Made by a program: the position numbers and the translations under genes. 64,000 nucleotides of DNA from a virus. Its lineage: Duplodnaviria > Caudoviricetes. The stretch is from IMG/VR virus record IMGVR_UViG_3300028914_000003, positions 68,636-132,635 of that record; one strand, written 5' to 3'. Below, piece after piece: positions 29,701 through 37,786 of the stretch. A model generated the notes under the pieces. It did no database searches, had not been told where the DNA came from, and saw only the letters and a program-made list of their open reading frames with translations. Each line of letters begins with the position of its first letter. Position 1 is the first letter of the stretch.

Positions 29701-32658
29701 ATGTCGAGCGACATGCGCACCGTCATCGAGTGGTATAATACGCAGCGCCTGAAGATTCAGGACGAGCTGCACGCCCGCCACCTGACGAACACCGGCGACT
29801 GGCTTGACCCGAAGAAGGGAGCCGGCAACTGGCGTAAAATGGTGCAGAACGACTTTGACACCTACCTGCGTGTTCTCGATGCCTACTACACCGAGCGCAA
29901 GGCAGAGATAGAGAAGGCGCAGGCCGAGGAGGGTCTGAGCGAGGCCGAGGCGCAGCGTCTGACGATAGAGAACGAGACGGTATGGCGCAAGCACCGCATC
30001 GAGCTGCAGCAGATTTACCAGGGCAAGAGCGAGAAGATTGCCAAGGAGGAGCGTCAGCGCATCTACGACATATTGGCCGAGCAGGACGAGGACTCTGCAG
30101 AGTTTGTGGAGAAGACCATCATGAAGTCCATCGACAAGATGAAGATCCTGGAGGGCAAGAGCGAGGTGGAGTTCCGCAAGATTATGTCTAAGATTACAAA
30201 GGACATTTCCACTGACTTCTACAAGCAGCAGAACGCTGTATCGAAGCAGATGGAGGCCATTACCGCCATCATCGCCAAGGAGCGTCCGTTCAACGGACTG
30301 ACGGAGAACCTGAAGAAGAATCTCTCGACGATGGGCATCCTCTTTGCCGACCTTGACAAGATCCGTCAGGAGGCTATTGCCAAGGGACTGGAGCCTGAGG
30401 ACGACATGACGAAGCGTGCCGAACAGACCAACAAGCGACTGAGGCTATTGCTGGATGCTGCCGAGGACGCCTACTCGATGACGTGGGAGCAGCTGAAGGA
30501 GAAGATGCAGAAGGAAGGTCTGGGCGACTGGGCCAGCGCGCTGGAGATTGATGAGCAGCAGAAGCAGGCCGTCCTGGCCTCTCTCCATTCGTTCTATGAC
30601 GAAGTGCAGGATGCCATCAAGAAGGAGTCTTCGTTGATTAAGAAGCAGACAGAGATTGCATGGAACGATGCTATCATTCCCGGTGCAGACGGTGTGAACC
30701 AGAGCATGAAGGGTGTGTTTGAGAAAGCTATCAGTCAGCTCGGTCTGGAGCAGGGCCGCGTGAGCCGTGCCAACTCGCTGATAGGTGCCGGACAAGCCTC
30801 GGAGCGTGTGGCCGACCGTATAGCCATCAAGCAGCTGAAGGTACAGATATCCATGCAGCAGGCTTACTATGACCTGATAAAGAAAAAGGGTGCCGACCGC
30901 ATAGCAAAGCTGGAGAAGGAGGCCGAACTGCTTGAGAAGCAGGGCAAGATAGATGAAGCCAATATCAAGCGTCTCGACGTGAAGCATGCCAAGACAGCCC
31001 TTGCGCTGAGTGATGCCGAGGAGCAGACAAAGATCATGGAGCTGCAGAACCAGCTGTCCGAGAAAGCAGAGGAGAGCCAGAACCGCCTCTATACCGAGCT
31101 GCGCGAGTGGGCCGAACTGATTGCGTCTGCCACCAAGGATCTTATTGACGCTTATAACGCCGGCAATGCGGAATACTACGACGAGCTGGCGAAGCTGAAC
31201 CTGACGGGCAAGGGCGGTCCCGGCGCAGGCACGTATGTCGTTATCGACAATGCAGGTACCAGCAAGGCTACTGCTCACTACGAATACTTAGATGAGCGTG
31301 CCGCCCTGGAGCGCCAGCACGAGATAGAGCAGCAGAACGCCCAGGCCGAGGCATGGAAGAAGGTGATGGACGACATCAATCAGAAGATGAACGACCAGAT
31401 AACGGACTGGATGAACGCCATGCTGCAGAACCAGAGCATCGACGCGAATACGGCAGCGGTGCTTGCCAACACCGCGGCGCTGACAGATCTGAGCGGAGCA
31501 ATGAAAGGAGACAAGGCCGGCAGTGCTCTCGGCAATATAAATCTCGGAGGCGGTACTGGCGGTACTGGCACAGGAGCAGGAGCCATGACAGGTTTAACAA
31601 CCGGCGAGATACAGGAGTGGAAAGAGGCCCTCGGCGACAACCCGATGGAGTTCTGGTCTGAGCAGAGTAATCTCGCCACTCAGAACATGGTTGAAAACAA
31701 CGAGAAGATTCAGAAGAGCACACAGTCGGCCTTTGCCAAGATGACAATGGCGGCCAATCTCTATGGCATTGCCTATCAGACCATGAGCAACGACAATCTG
31801 AGTGCTGCCCAGAAGTTCCAGCTGTTTGCCGTGCAGGCAGCCGGTAATGCCGCCATCGCCATGCTGACCACGAATATGGCCACCACGGAGGGTGATGTCG
31901 CCACTCAGCTTCCTGGTATTCTCGGAAAGGCTGCTGCACAGCTTGGTCCTATTGCCGGTCCTATTGCCTTTGCAGCCATGAGCGCGCTGCTCGGCGGCCT
32001 GATGGGCCTGGCCGTCTCGAAGATCACCAAGTCAAAGCAGACTATTGCGCAGGCCACCGGTGCCTCTGTCAGCGCCGGCCGCCTGTCTACGGGTATGCTG
32101 ACATACGCCAGCGGTAACGTGAACGAGCTCACGGACCCGAATACGCTGACCCCCGGACGCCACTATAACGTGGACGGTGCCGACGGCAAGACCTACCGCG
32201 CGAAGTACACGGGCAAGAACCCACGGACACACATCACCAACGGTCCTGAGTTCCACCTGGCAGGCGAGAAAGGCCGCGAGGCGATTATCGACGCCCACAC
32301 CACGAGGCTGATGCAGATGAACGACACCGGCATCTGGAAGTCGATACAGATACTGTACAACGGCGGATCTCGCGGTCTCTCGGCCGTGCGCCGCAGGGGT
32401 AGGGGAGTGAAGGCCTTCGCAGATGGTAACCTCGATGACTTCGCCGGCTACGAGGAGGTGACCGACGGTGCAGGACTGGGCTTCGACCCTGTAGCCCTGC
32501 AGGCATCGCTCGACCGTAACAGTTCCGTGCAGGAGGCCCTGCTCGAAAGGCTGTCACAGCCTATACAGGCGAAGTTCGACGTGTACGGCAAGGGCGGTCT
32601 TGTGGACTCGTACGACACAGGCAAGAAGAACGTGACCAGACACGGAGAGAAGTATTAA
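20758..32658 (+). CDS. tape measure protein (~3966 aa)
   Basis: Very long helical Ala/Glu/Lys-rich ORF; TMP core domain at ~26850-27800 (VRKTTG..GQLG..IGSTIDQL..LGST); likely start MATRHE at 20758. Confidence 0.9.
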   Translation: MATRHELIHIDFVANAGKANPVLQSLKDSCEEARIAKEKLDNELTSAKAANAPKDVIEKINKDLIEQTKIYQALQKGVREYAKGIDTLSKGIKEYNEGTLDQMSPKFNKALANSAKLAQSNFKSNTKEWSDLQTVIEAAQRNVTRAREDIDGLMQSMKTGASVSANQLTTARDVLKDLADLAVVGSEDWRGLQKQMNEVAQAAVTVAETERRLKGEIVDEQDAIRLSNTLTKEAIAQRHAMGEAFVQAAQKERSGIEESMKGVSQKMVLERQEREELKDTIELQENYDKLIEKRDKKIADAEGRKQEAEKRKAEAQATINAYDEQEKKIQKLKAEKKDLEEQQKKETQAAEKAAKSTKDQGDVTEGLTKKVSTLKGEIGGLDTELKELDAQIENLNKTQGLRNENPIIEGVKEGAKDAQQEILKLAQLQEELKQATAGYKRDASQLDLMEILNRSAQTRFGKEQGTSTTWHGRFENDASLKDTVNGLAKTMSKDNAYWISTAKEQIKNRVGSFLNEDKSLADLKAFREEWSKVVQSLYDEGKGSGNHMEAIRYIDNLIEKTEQLKNIQEKRAAVQKQQAVVDGLKKESAAIEETTAAKKEEVKTEGAVIKTTETETVTVESLMKANDKLKERLAVLYEEERKLSEAKEHGTEAVKEETNAIKEEANAFKELSKEQAQAMLDAKQKLATFSTANGKTTTTNLEEAQSFIFEAAKKISPSGTKGGNVTLEGEKQIVDLVSQFQSHYGLQSADEAQGIIKSVLGDGGLIKKGFMNKFILNIEQDTPKVAAYNKEIKDLTTVISGEVETIKEESRAVEENAEKKRTLEQVQAEIKQIEDESRAISKQTYILQGQAREATEADTQSLEENTEAKRKNIEVTKAAILAAKDMTAEEAKLVKDDLTAISTVGWKAGKVDMSNPDEVQNFLIAAMGGKKLIGEDGTLSVKGSKVESILGEFQKRYGFEGDRQTAKEILKEIVNGRDGGLFNPGGAVDFNAEKLSIKVDKEAFDTRIQLVQALTKVTNAAAEAEAKVVEATKKDTEATKEATKATEGETDAIAEQIQELNRRKSAYDKANDDYEAAKAELTKKRSRLSRLPKTGADALLQRDQLQGEIDEYNDTTVKPLRKEAGRLKKLWEQYKESASAEGEATEKTKKRTRATEEQTKATEEAVKAEMTMEEMLAKRAEIESQLEAKKKKLGEAQTTLNELQQQSIAGDKAEANSTAELLKKKEEEYNQATADLAGMKEGKAKAKRTIRSADRTIASADETISTTKNEALPQRMSEAEVGKMKKRVAELDEEIKKDTQDFDELAQKIAAVNKRETDAAIEMAQSENVSMEKVKQAIDLLKEKIRTEATDEQTMQARGEAINRLTERYTQMNAEVVKLSKPIADRLSAEDFGKMSETEIRQGIDAANQLIKTYESGSDEAKRLAENIVRAEKHIRENGVEAARQAQQQKDAIELMQNQLSKGSALTESALKTQVKYWQQLADDPKTAAESVKVYTDNLKEAQELLKQKSEADIRDKAGRLQNMDNYSVSELKEGIEAAKVMQQTFRLSDDEVKKLSEDIVAAETRINKVSVETERAAQKQRESIELMQNQLNSGAELTESALKAQVKYWQQLADDPKTAAESVKVYTDNLKEAQELLKQKNEADIRDKAGRLQNMDVYSVSELKEGIEAAKQMQQTFHLTDDEVKKLSEDIVKAEVRISKVSVETERAAQREREAIQQMEKQLAGLTTKMSQHEDVSLDVLKAQHNYWQKLINDPKNAGQSLQKYEANLAEVERLQRRMVGKMGQEAFEWFERGDDANASANDIKERTDAMKAWRDTLPKQDKAEVIAKIDEYLQKTGRSAKKAAEDMMSLDEALELAKKAGENYYLSGGKEGFVASPQQIQAATKAIEQERDALIKTIQSKKANGDATKEEEKKLANLTKKLKDLKFEQDNLNMSQEKMQMLMKQPTQAVNLDELRSAIKRADGELKRMEGSMGKNSKQYKEFAAEVKNAKNVLKEMEGQAKATSSAWDKAWSRLKTYVGMYMGFNALWNKITGTFSDIHELSDRMGEVRKTTGFTADEVGRLSDKLAELDTRTGLTNLMSISAKAGQLGLKNMEDVIGFTEAANKLMVALPEMGEEAATQMMKVAIATGEVNKIQKEMDEGVTEGSSATAVALERIGSTIDQLRANSAAAAPQITDFVKRVGAVGAQSNISIDQVAALGSTVDALGMRVEMSATALSRMIPAIKRNAFEVAKAIGMAPNALRQMFDEAGGGMNAMLAIFQHIKDAGMNADDIEKMMGMGGMADIMKDLNQQGARAGIVFAGLSQNVDELRRQLGVAKTAYEENIAIQNEYDKMNETTAAKWERLSNKIEEIFVSDTSQNALGVIIDGLRTIIDLITGPLSTAFNTTVLAVTAIKTGLTEIPSKIGGFFDYLKESAMKAGEELQKAANSTGDIAKAAEGIEGAGDAVSDISEALGDAQEAGEQAGEAMETATGAIEGMTGATRVSIFSVQGLKTAWKGLDTTMKANIIVAVVALLYTLGKALYNALTETSKYSKAVADANAMIQIAIDRFEGYWEKLKETAAALDRAKKSTEGLKEGSDQLTKATIDLTKADNAHKAAIADINSIYGKYLGFMLTEANYANLSAAAHDKVAAAIRREMLAKQQQAAIDQVTQENTENLKDGLANLTEELREDGRLNNQEAAKAKSAVQKFMRENIKFNTASGEYEVSQQAYQYLTGKGANLGKLKGLNPNQLAAGWLYEYLKENFHLNDAALADITGVFPQGGSYRKTNVGGRNFRGDYASAYLDNMQDVAEVQDVFAGDLGDAQKEDRKATTKLVEKLKKQADAAKAKITDKSTSEKERNAAYEDLANALEGLDGNIDQLNPVENKTLIDAVKKQADDISKSVDKDKLLRARTNARSIFARATGSENGYTPEVPLTPESNPWGTKQGAYSTDWAKMTAEQLVQRRKQMKDFVNSIQTDTDVKAVLEEDAALKKAIEKGMSSDMRTVIEWYNTQRLKIQDELHARHLTNTGDWLDPKKGAGNWRKMVQNDFDTYLRVLDAYYTERKAEIEKAQAEEGLSEAEAQRLTIENETVWRKHRIELQQIYQGKSEKIAKEERQRIYDILAEQDEDSAEFVEKTIMKSIDKMKILEGKSEVEFRKIMSKITKDISTDFYKQQNAVSKQMEAITAIIAKERPFNGLTENLKKNLSTMGILFADLDKIRQEAIAKGLEPEDDMTKRAEQTNKRLRLLLDAAEDAYSMTWEQLKEKMQKEGLGDWASALEIDEQQKQAVLASLHSFYDEVQDAIKKESSLIKKQTEIAWNDAIIPGADGVNQSMKGVFEKAISQLGLEQGRVSRANSLIGAGQASERVADRIAIKQLKVQISMQQAYYDLIKKKGADRIAKLEKEAELLEKQGKIDEANIKRLDVKHAKTALALSDAEEQTKIMELQNQLSEKAEESQNRLYTELREWAELIASATKDLIDAYNAGNAEYYDELAKLNLTGKGGPGAGTYVVIDNAGTSKATAHYEYLDERAALERQHEIEQQNAQAEAWKKVMDDINQKMNDQITDWMNAMLQNQSIDANTAAVLANTAALTDLSGAMKGDKAGSALGNINLGGGTGGTGTGAGAMTGLTTGEIQEWKEALGDNPMEFWSEQSNLATQNMVENNEKIQKSTQSAFAKMTMAANLYGIAYQTMSNDNLSAAQKFQLFAVQAAGNAAIAMLTTNMATTEGDVATQLPGILGKAAAQLGPIAGPIAFAAMSALLGGLMGLAVSKITKSKQTIAQATGASVSAGRLSTGMLTYASGNVNELTDPNTLTPGRHYNVDGADGKTYRAKYTGKNPRTHITNGPEFHLAGEKGREAIIDAHTTRLMQMNDTGIWKSIQILYNGGSRGLSAVRRRGRGVKAFADGNLDDFAGYEEVTDGAGLGFDPVALQASLDRNSSVQEALLERLSQPIQAKFDVYGKGGLVDSYDTGKKNVTRHGEKY
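25111..25905 (+). repeat. 396-bp (132-aa) tandem duplication inside the TMP
   Basis: Near-identical sequence at 25153 and 25549; more diverged copies on both sides. Confidence 0.9.
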
Positions 32659-32660
32659 GT

Positions 32661-32695
32661 GAAGAATGAAGAATAAAGAATGAAGAATAGAGAAT
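32661..32695. repeat. heptamer repeat (GAAGAAT)x5, degenerate
   Basis: Spans the start codon of the Stealth/GT gene. Confidence 0.8.
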
Positions 32696-35109
32696 CTTTC
32701 CCCATTGACCTGGTGATTCCCATGGTATTCCCGCAGGACCCTGAGTGGCAGCGGGAATACCTGAAGCATAAGGGAGGTGATGCCGCTGGGCACGTAAGAT
32801 ATCGCAGCTGGGGCACCGAGGAGCTGCAGATACGGTGTGTGATGAAGTTTATGCCGTGGCTCAGACGCATCCATATCCTGCTGGCGCAGGAGAGCCAGGT
32901 GCAGGAGTGGATGACGGCGTTATCACGGTATAACGGCATAACGGAATTACGAATTGTCTTTCACAAAGACATCATTCCGAAGGAATACCTGCCGTGTTTC
33001 GCCTCTCCGTGCTTCGAGATGTTCCTGCATAGGATACCTGGGCTCTCCGAGCAGTTCATCTATGCCAACGACGACATGTTCCCGCTGAGTCCGCTGGAGC
33101 CGGAGGACTTTTTCAGGGACGGACTGCCTTGCCAGCATATTACGGACAGGGCGTATCCGCCGGCACCGAACCTGTTCCAGCGCAAGTGCATGTGGCAGCA
33201 GAACATGATAGCGAAGCCGTTCGGCAGGCACTTCACGAAGACATATCCCGATACGGGGCATATCTTCTCCGCCATCCTGAAGAGCTCGTGTGAGGAGGTG
33301 TGGCGGCGTCACGGCGAGGAGATCACCAGGAACCTGAGTCCGCTGGCACGTACCGACCACTCTGCCAACAACTGGATATACCTGCTGTACCAGCAGTACA
33401 GCGGGCGGTATATAGACCACAGGCCGACGCGGCACTATACCGACCAGGACACGTCGACGGAGAAGTTGGCGGAGATTATCCGTGACCCCGACGCCGGCAT
33501 TGTCTGCATCAACGACAACGAGGCGCTCCGCGACTGGAAGCAGCGTGCCGCCGTTGTCAGGCGCGAGATAGAGGCAAAGCTGTGTATGCTCGCAGCAGGG
33601 GCGGTGAAGACACGCCGCATGAAGATTGCGCTCGTCGCCATCGGCCGCCTGGAGAACCGCTATGCCCGTGAGTTCGTGAACCACTATCTCCTGCTGGGCT
33701 TCGACCATGTCTTCATCTGTGACAACAACCATGACGGTGAGGAACGCTTCGAGGACATCCTCGCCGACAGGATCGCCGAGGGTACCGTCTCCGTCCATGA
33801 CTACCGTGACCGCGAGGCGGTGCAGGCCACGGCCTATAACGAGATGTACCGGCAGTACGGCTCCGGGTACGACTGGCTTGCCTTCTTCGATTTCGACGAG
33901 CTGCTGGTGATGAGCGGCGCCATGAGCGTCAGGGGATGGCTCGCCTCGCAGCCCTCCGATGCCGAGGTGGCACTGGTGAACTGGATGTGCATGACCGACT
34001 CCGGCCTGCAGTATGACGACGGCCGTCCGTCGATGGAGCGTTTCACTGTCGCCATGCCCTGCAACAGAGCCGTTCAGCGTGCCCGTCCCGAGAACGACCA
34101 TGTCAAGAGCTTCGTCCGCGGCGGACTCGGGGAGGTATGCTTCGTGAACCCCCATGTCCCCGTGACGCCGCATGACCAGAAGCCGTCTCCGTTCCGTCCC
34201 TATGACTATTCGGCCTGCTACCTGAAGCATTTCGTCACCAGGACTGCCGGTGAGTGGCTGTCATGCAAGTGCCGGCGTGGTGTCGGCGACCGCAGCAAGG
34301 AGAGCTTCGACCGCAAGTACCATGACCGTTTCTTCAAATATAACGACATGACGCCCGGGAAGCAGCGCTTCATGGAGGAGTGGCAGCGCAACAGCGCCGC
34401 CGCACTAACGGCGGCCATCGTACACTATAACACACCGAAGCTCACGCGTGCCGCCGTCCTGTCGCTCTGGAAGCATACGCCGGGCTGCAGGGTGGTCGTC
34501 TTCGAGAACAGCGACCGCCTGCCCATCAGCGGATGCACACAGTGGGACGCGCTCAGGTGGAATCCGCTGGTCACCGTCATAGACAACACAAGAGGACAGA
34601 TTATCGACTTCGACAAGATGCTGGAGCAGTATCCTGACCGTGAGTTCTTCGACCGTAACATGAGCAACTTCGGCAGTGCCAAGCACACCGCTTCCGTGGA
34701 CTGGCTCTTCGGCTTCCTGCCTGACGGCTTCCTGCTGCTGGACTCCGATATCCTCGTACGGCAGGATGTGGCGCCTCTTGCGGACAGGAACGTTGCCGCC
34801 GCCGGTGAGCTGAAGCCCAACGCGGGCGTCATGCGCCTGCTGCCGCTGCTGTGCTGGCTGAACGTGCCGGTGCTCCGCGAACACGGCATCCGCTATTTCA
34901 ACGGCGAGAAGATGTGGGCGCTCTCCGGCCGCAAGCCTGACAACCGCTATGACACCGGGGCGTGGCTGCTGGAGGAGGTCAGACGATACGGCCTGCCGCT
35001 CAGGGAGGTCAGTACCAGGGACTATGTCCTGCACCTGGGCCATGCCTCGTGGAAGGGTAACCGCAGCCCGATGGGGTGGGTGAGGGAACACCGGGACTTG
35101 TGGGAGTGA
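32680..35109 (+). CDS. tri-domain glycosylation enzyme: Stealth sugar-1-phosphate transferase, GT-A domain (GT2_4/GT92-like) and GT2-like domain
   Basis: Stealth motifs PIDLV, MPWLRRIHI, HRIPGLSEQFIYANDD and CIND; ENRYAREFVNHY..GFDHVFICDN..FFDFDE; IVHYNTP..LLDSD. Confidence 0.85.
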   Translation: MKNRESFPIDLVIPMVFPQDPEWQREYLKHKGGDAAGHVRYRSWGTEELQIRCVMKFMPWLRRIHILLAQESQVQEWMTALSRYNGITELRIVFHKDIIPKEYLPCFASPCFEMFLHRIPGLSEQFIYANDDMFPLSPLEPEDFFRDGLPCQHITDRAYPPAPNLFQRKCMWQQNMIAKPFGRHFTKTYPDTGHIFSAILKSSCEEVWRRHGEEITRNLSPLARTDHSANNWIYLLYQQYSGRYIDHRPTRHYTDQDTSTEKLAEIIRDPDAGIVCINDNEALRDWKQRAAVVRREIEAKLCMLAAGAVKTRRMKIALVAIGRLENRYAREFVNHYLLLGFDHVFICDNNHDGEERFEDILADRIAEGTVSVHDYRDREAVQATAYNEMYRQYGSGYDWLAFFDFDELLVMSGAMSVRGWLASQPSDAEVALVNWMCMTDSGLQYDDGRPSMERFTVAMPCNRAVQRARPENDHVKSFVRGGLGEVCFVNPHVPVTPHDQKPSPFRPYDYSACYLKHFVTRTAGEWLSCKCRRGVGDRSKESFDRKYHDRFFKYNDMTPGKQRFMEEWQRNSAAALTAAIVHYNTPKLTRAAVLSLWKHTPGCRVVVFENSDRLPISGCTQWDALRWNPLVTVIDNTRGQIIDFDKMLEQYPDREFFDRNMSNFGSAKHTASVDWLFGFLPDGFLLLDSDILVRQDVAPLADRNVAAAGELKPNAGVMRLLPLLCWLNVPVLREHGIRYFNGEKMWALSGRKPDNRYDTGAWLLEEVRRYGLPLREVSTRDYVLHLGHASWKGNRSPMGWVREHRDLWE

Positions 35110-35169
35110 AGGCAAAGCCCTTGCGGTTGCCTCCCCAACTTGATATGCCAATTTGGCATTTCAAGATTT

Positions 35170-35640
35170 TCAGGCGCATTGGATGTCACAATTTGTGATT
35201 TCCAATCTGTTGTCAGACACGGGTGGCTTTTCAACCATCAGGTTCATGCCCAAGTCCTCTGAAAGCATATCTATTCCCTTGCGGATTCTCTGTATTGTAT
35301 CCTCCTTCGGATAACGCAGGCTGGTGACGTACTGGCGCAGCACCGAGGCGTTCATGCCGATGTACTTGGCAAAGGCCGTCACGTCGATGGGGTAGTAGTC
35401 GAAGAACGACCCCACGTCAAAGCGCAGGTCGAACTCTACGTCTGGGAACTCCTTGCCCTCCTTCGCCCACTCTTCCTTCTCTTCCTGCAAGCACAGCTTC
35501 AAGTCCTCTATGGCCTCACGCGACGTGCCGCCGAAGCCACCGAGACCTACATTTTCGATACTCTCAGGGCAGAACGCCGAGAAGTTCCTCTTCCCCTTGC
35601 CGCGCTCCACGATTGCCAACAGCTTTACCTTCTTCGTCAT
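35170..35640 (-). CDS. hicB: HicB-family antitoxin with C-terminal HTH
   Basis: AIVERG..FSAF..GFGGTSREAIEDL; FAKYIGMNASVLRQY. Confidence 0.85.
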   Translation of the reverse strand: MTKKVKLLAIVERGKGKRNFSAFCPESIENVGLGGFGGTSREAIEDLKLCLQEEKEEWAKEGKEFPDVEFDLRFDVGSFFDYYPIDVTAFAKYIGMNASVLRQYVTSLRYPKEDTIQRIRKGIDMLSEDLGMNLMVEKPPVSDNRLEITNCDIQCA

Positions 35641-35733
35641 ATATATCTTAAATGTATCGTTCCTAAAATAAAGTGACCGCCACACTATTCCACTCGGTAT
35701 CTCTGCAGCGCCCCCTCTCGGGATTACTCGGGA

Positions 35734-35917
35734 TTAGAGCCCGAGTAACCTTTTTTCGAGAGTTTTCAGAAGTCCTGTCGGAACTTCCTGGGAACCGTGG
35801 CGCGGAACGTATCCGTATAAGCCCGTAATCGGACTATACCACTTGTCGTGTTCGCCACCGTGCCTGACCAAGCGGCATCCCGCCGCTCTCAGGCGTGCTA
35901 CAAATTTACTCTGTTTC
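35734..35917 (-). pseudogene. hicA: HicA toxin whose start codon is split by an IS insertion
   Basis: Frame KQSKFVARLRAAGCRLVRHGGEHDKWYSP..VPRHGSQEVPTG; the AT of its ATG lies at 37814-37815, beyond the IS. Confidence 0.88.
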
Positions 35918-35934
35918 TTGACATACTCCCACGG

Positions 35935-37083
35935 CTAAAGCCGAGGGATTCTTAGGTGCTTACGCCCCCGCACAGTCACCTTTCCAGGCTCCTGCGTCTT
36001 ACCAGGACTCCCCAACGAGGCAATGCCCTGCCTCAGAATATTACAAGCAGCATGAAGGTCGCGGTCGTGATGACGGCCACACTCAGGACAAGTCCACTCC
36101 CTGTCATGCAACGCTAAATCTTTATACACATGACCACAGTCACACAGCTTAGAGGACGGGAAGAAGCGGTCAACCTTCTGCACCTTCACACCGTACTTGC
36201 CTGCAAGATACTCCAGCTTGCGGACAAACTTTCCATGGGCGAGGTCCTGCATCTTGCGTCCCCACAGCGAGGTCATTCCAGTGAGCTGCAAGTCTTCGAT
36301 GCAGATGGTGTCGAAGCGGCGGCACAGGTCGTGCGCCAGCTCCCACTGCCAGTTGTCGCGGCGGTTGGTGATGAGCTCCTCCACACGGTTCTTCGCCCGT
36401 CGGGCAGCCTTGCGGTGGTTGCTGCCCTCCTGCTTCTTAGAGAGGCGGCGGTCGGCGGTGCGCTTCATGCCGAGAGCCTGCTTCAGATAGCGCGGCGACT
36501 GGATGCGCTCACCCGTGGAGAGCGTCATGTAGGTCTTCAGGCCGAAGTCGATGCCTACGGATGCACCATTATGTGTCTTTCCGATAGGCTCTCCCTTGGT
36601 CTCGATGAAGAGGTACACGAAGTATTCCCCGACGGGAGTGCGCTTCACGGCCACGTTCTTGATTTTGCCTACGCCGACATACGGACGGCTCAGCGAGAAC
36701 TTGAAGCGTTTCTTGATTTTGTTGATGGTGAGCACGTTCCCGTTCAGCGAGAAGCCGCCCTGCTTGAACATGAAGCTGCGGAAGCCGTCAGCCCGCTTGA
36801 ACTTGGGAGGCCGGACCTGAATATGCTGGAAGAAACGCTGGTAGGACTTGTCCTGACGCTCCAGTATCTCCTGCACGGTCTGCGAATGAAGACGGCTGCT
36901 CTTGCCGTACCAGCGCACCCACTTTCCCTTTATGCGGTTCACGTCGATGTACTTTCTGTACATACGATAGTACCGCTTCTGCAGGGCCAGCGCATGGTTC
37001 CATACCCACGATGCCTCACAGAGCATCGCGTCAAGGTGCTTCGTCTGCTTGGTCGTATAGAGCTTATACTTGTAGGCTATCAT
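35935..37083 (-). CDS. tnpB: TnpB RNA-guided endonuclease
   Basis: RuvC residues appear intact (GIDFG, IEDL, DRDLHAACNI); zinc finger CDCG..CPECG. Confidence 0.95.
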   Translation of the reverse strand: MIAYKYKLYTTKQTKHLDAMLCEASWVWNHALALQKRYYRMYRKYIDVNRIKGKWVRWYGKSSRLHSQTVQEILERQDKSYQRFFQHIQVRPPKFKRADGFRSFMFKQGGFSLNGNVLTINKIKKRFKFSLSRPYVGVGKIKNVAVKRTPVGEYFVYLFIETKGEPIGKTHNGASVGIDFGLKTYMTLSTGERIQSPRYLKQALGMKRTADRRLSKKQEGSNHRKAARRAKNRVEELITNRRDNWQWELAHDLCRRFDTICIEDLQLTGMTSLWGRKMQDLAHGKFVRKLEYLAGKYGVKVQKVDRFFPSSKLCDCGHVYKDLALHDREWTCPECGRHHDRDLHAACNILRQGIASLGSPGKTQEPGKVTVRGRKHLRIPRL

Positions 37084-37339
37084 GCGCTTCTATCAAATAT
37101 GGGGCAGCACTGCGCGTTGCTATGGCCATCTATGCGAAGCCACCGGGGCATTACTGCTACCCGACACGGTTACTGCCCCAATGGGGTTTGTTCCTTAATT
37201 TATGGGTACAAAAATAGCCGCTCGGCGGCGGCAACTCTCGTACCGCATAGATGTTTAAGCGTTGCAAAGGTAGGCATTTATTTTCGTCCTTGCAAATTTT
37301 CCGGCAAGAATTTATCTTCAAGCCATACAATTTATTGCG

Positions 37340-37786
37340 ATGGCCGACAGATTCAACTACAATTCTCACTGCGTTTACAACCTTGGCTAACATGTTATAT
37401 GGTGTCCGAAGTACCGCCGCAAGCTGCTCCAATGGGGCATCGACGAGCGGCTGAAAATACTGCTCGTGGAGAAGGCCGTCGCGATGGGCTGCCATATAGA
37501 GAAGATGGAAGTCATGCCCGACCATGTGCATATCTTCATCAAGACGCCACCAACCATATCGCTCGACAAACTGGTGCAGGGTCTGAAAGGCTATACTTCC
37601 AACATCCTGCGGCACGAGCGTCCGTGGTTGCGCAACCTGCCTTGCCTTTGGTCACGATCCTATTATGTGGAGAGTATCGGCCATATCTCGGAAGAGACAG
37701 TCCGACGATATATCGAAGACCAGAAAGAGACAGCAAACAGAAAAGCAAACAACAAACGGGCGGGGTCGCTTTCATCCCACAGCTAA
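37340..37786 (+). pseudogene. tnpA: Y1 transposase TnpA with a premature stop
   Basis: HCVYNLG*HVIWCPKYRR with TAA at 37388-37390; HUH motif DHVH and YIEDQ downstream in the same frame. Confidence 0.9.

Noticed and set aside
37388-37390. In-frame stop as a sign of genetic-code reassignment
   Set aside because: It is a single TAA inside an IS; phage genes are intact in the standard code and end in TAA, TAG and TGA.
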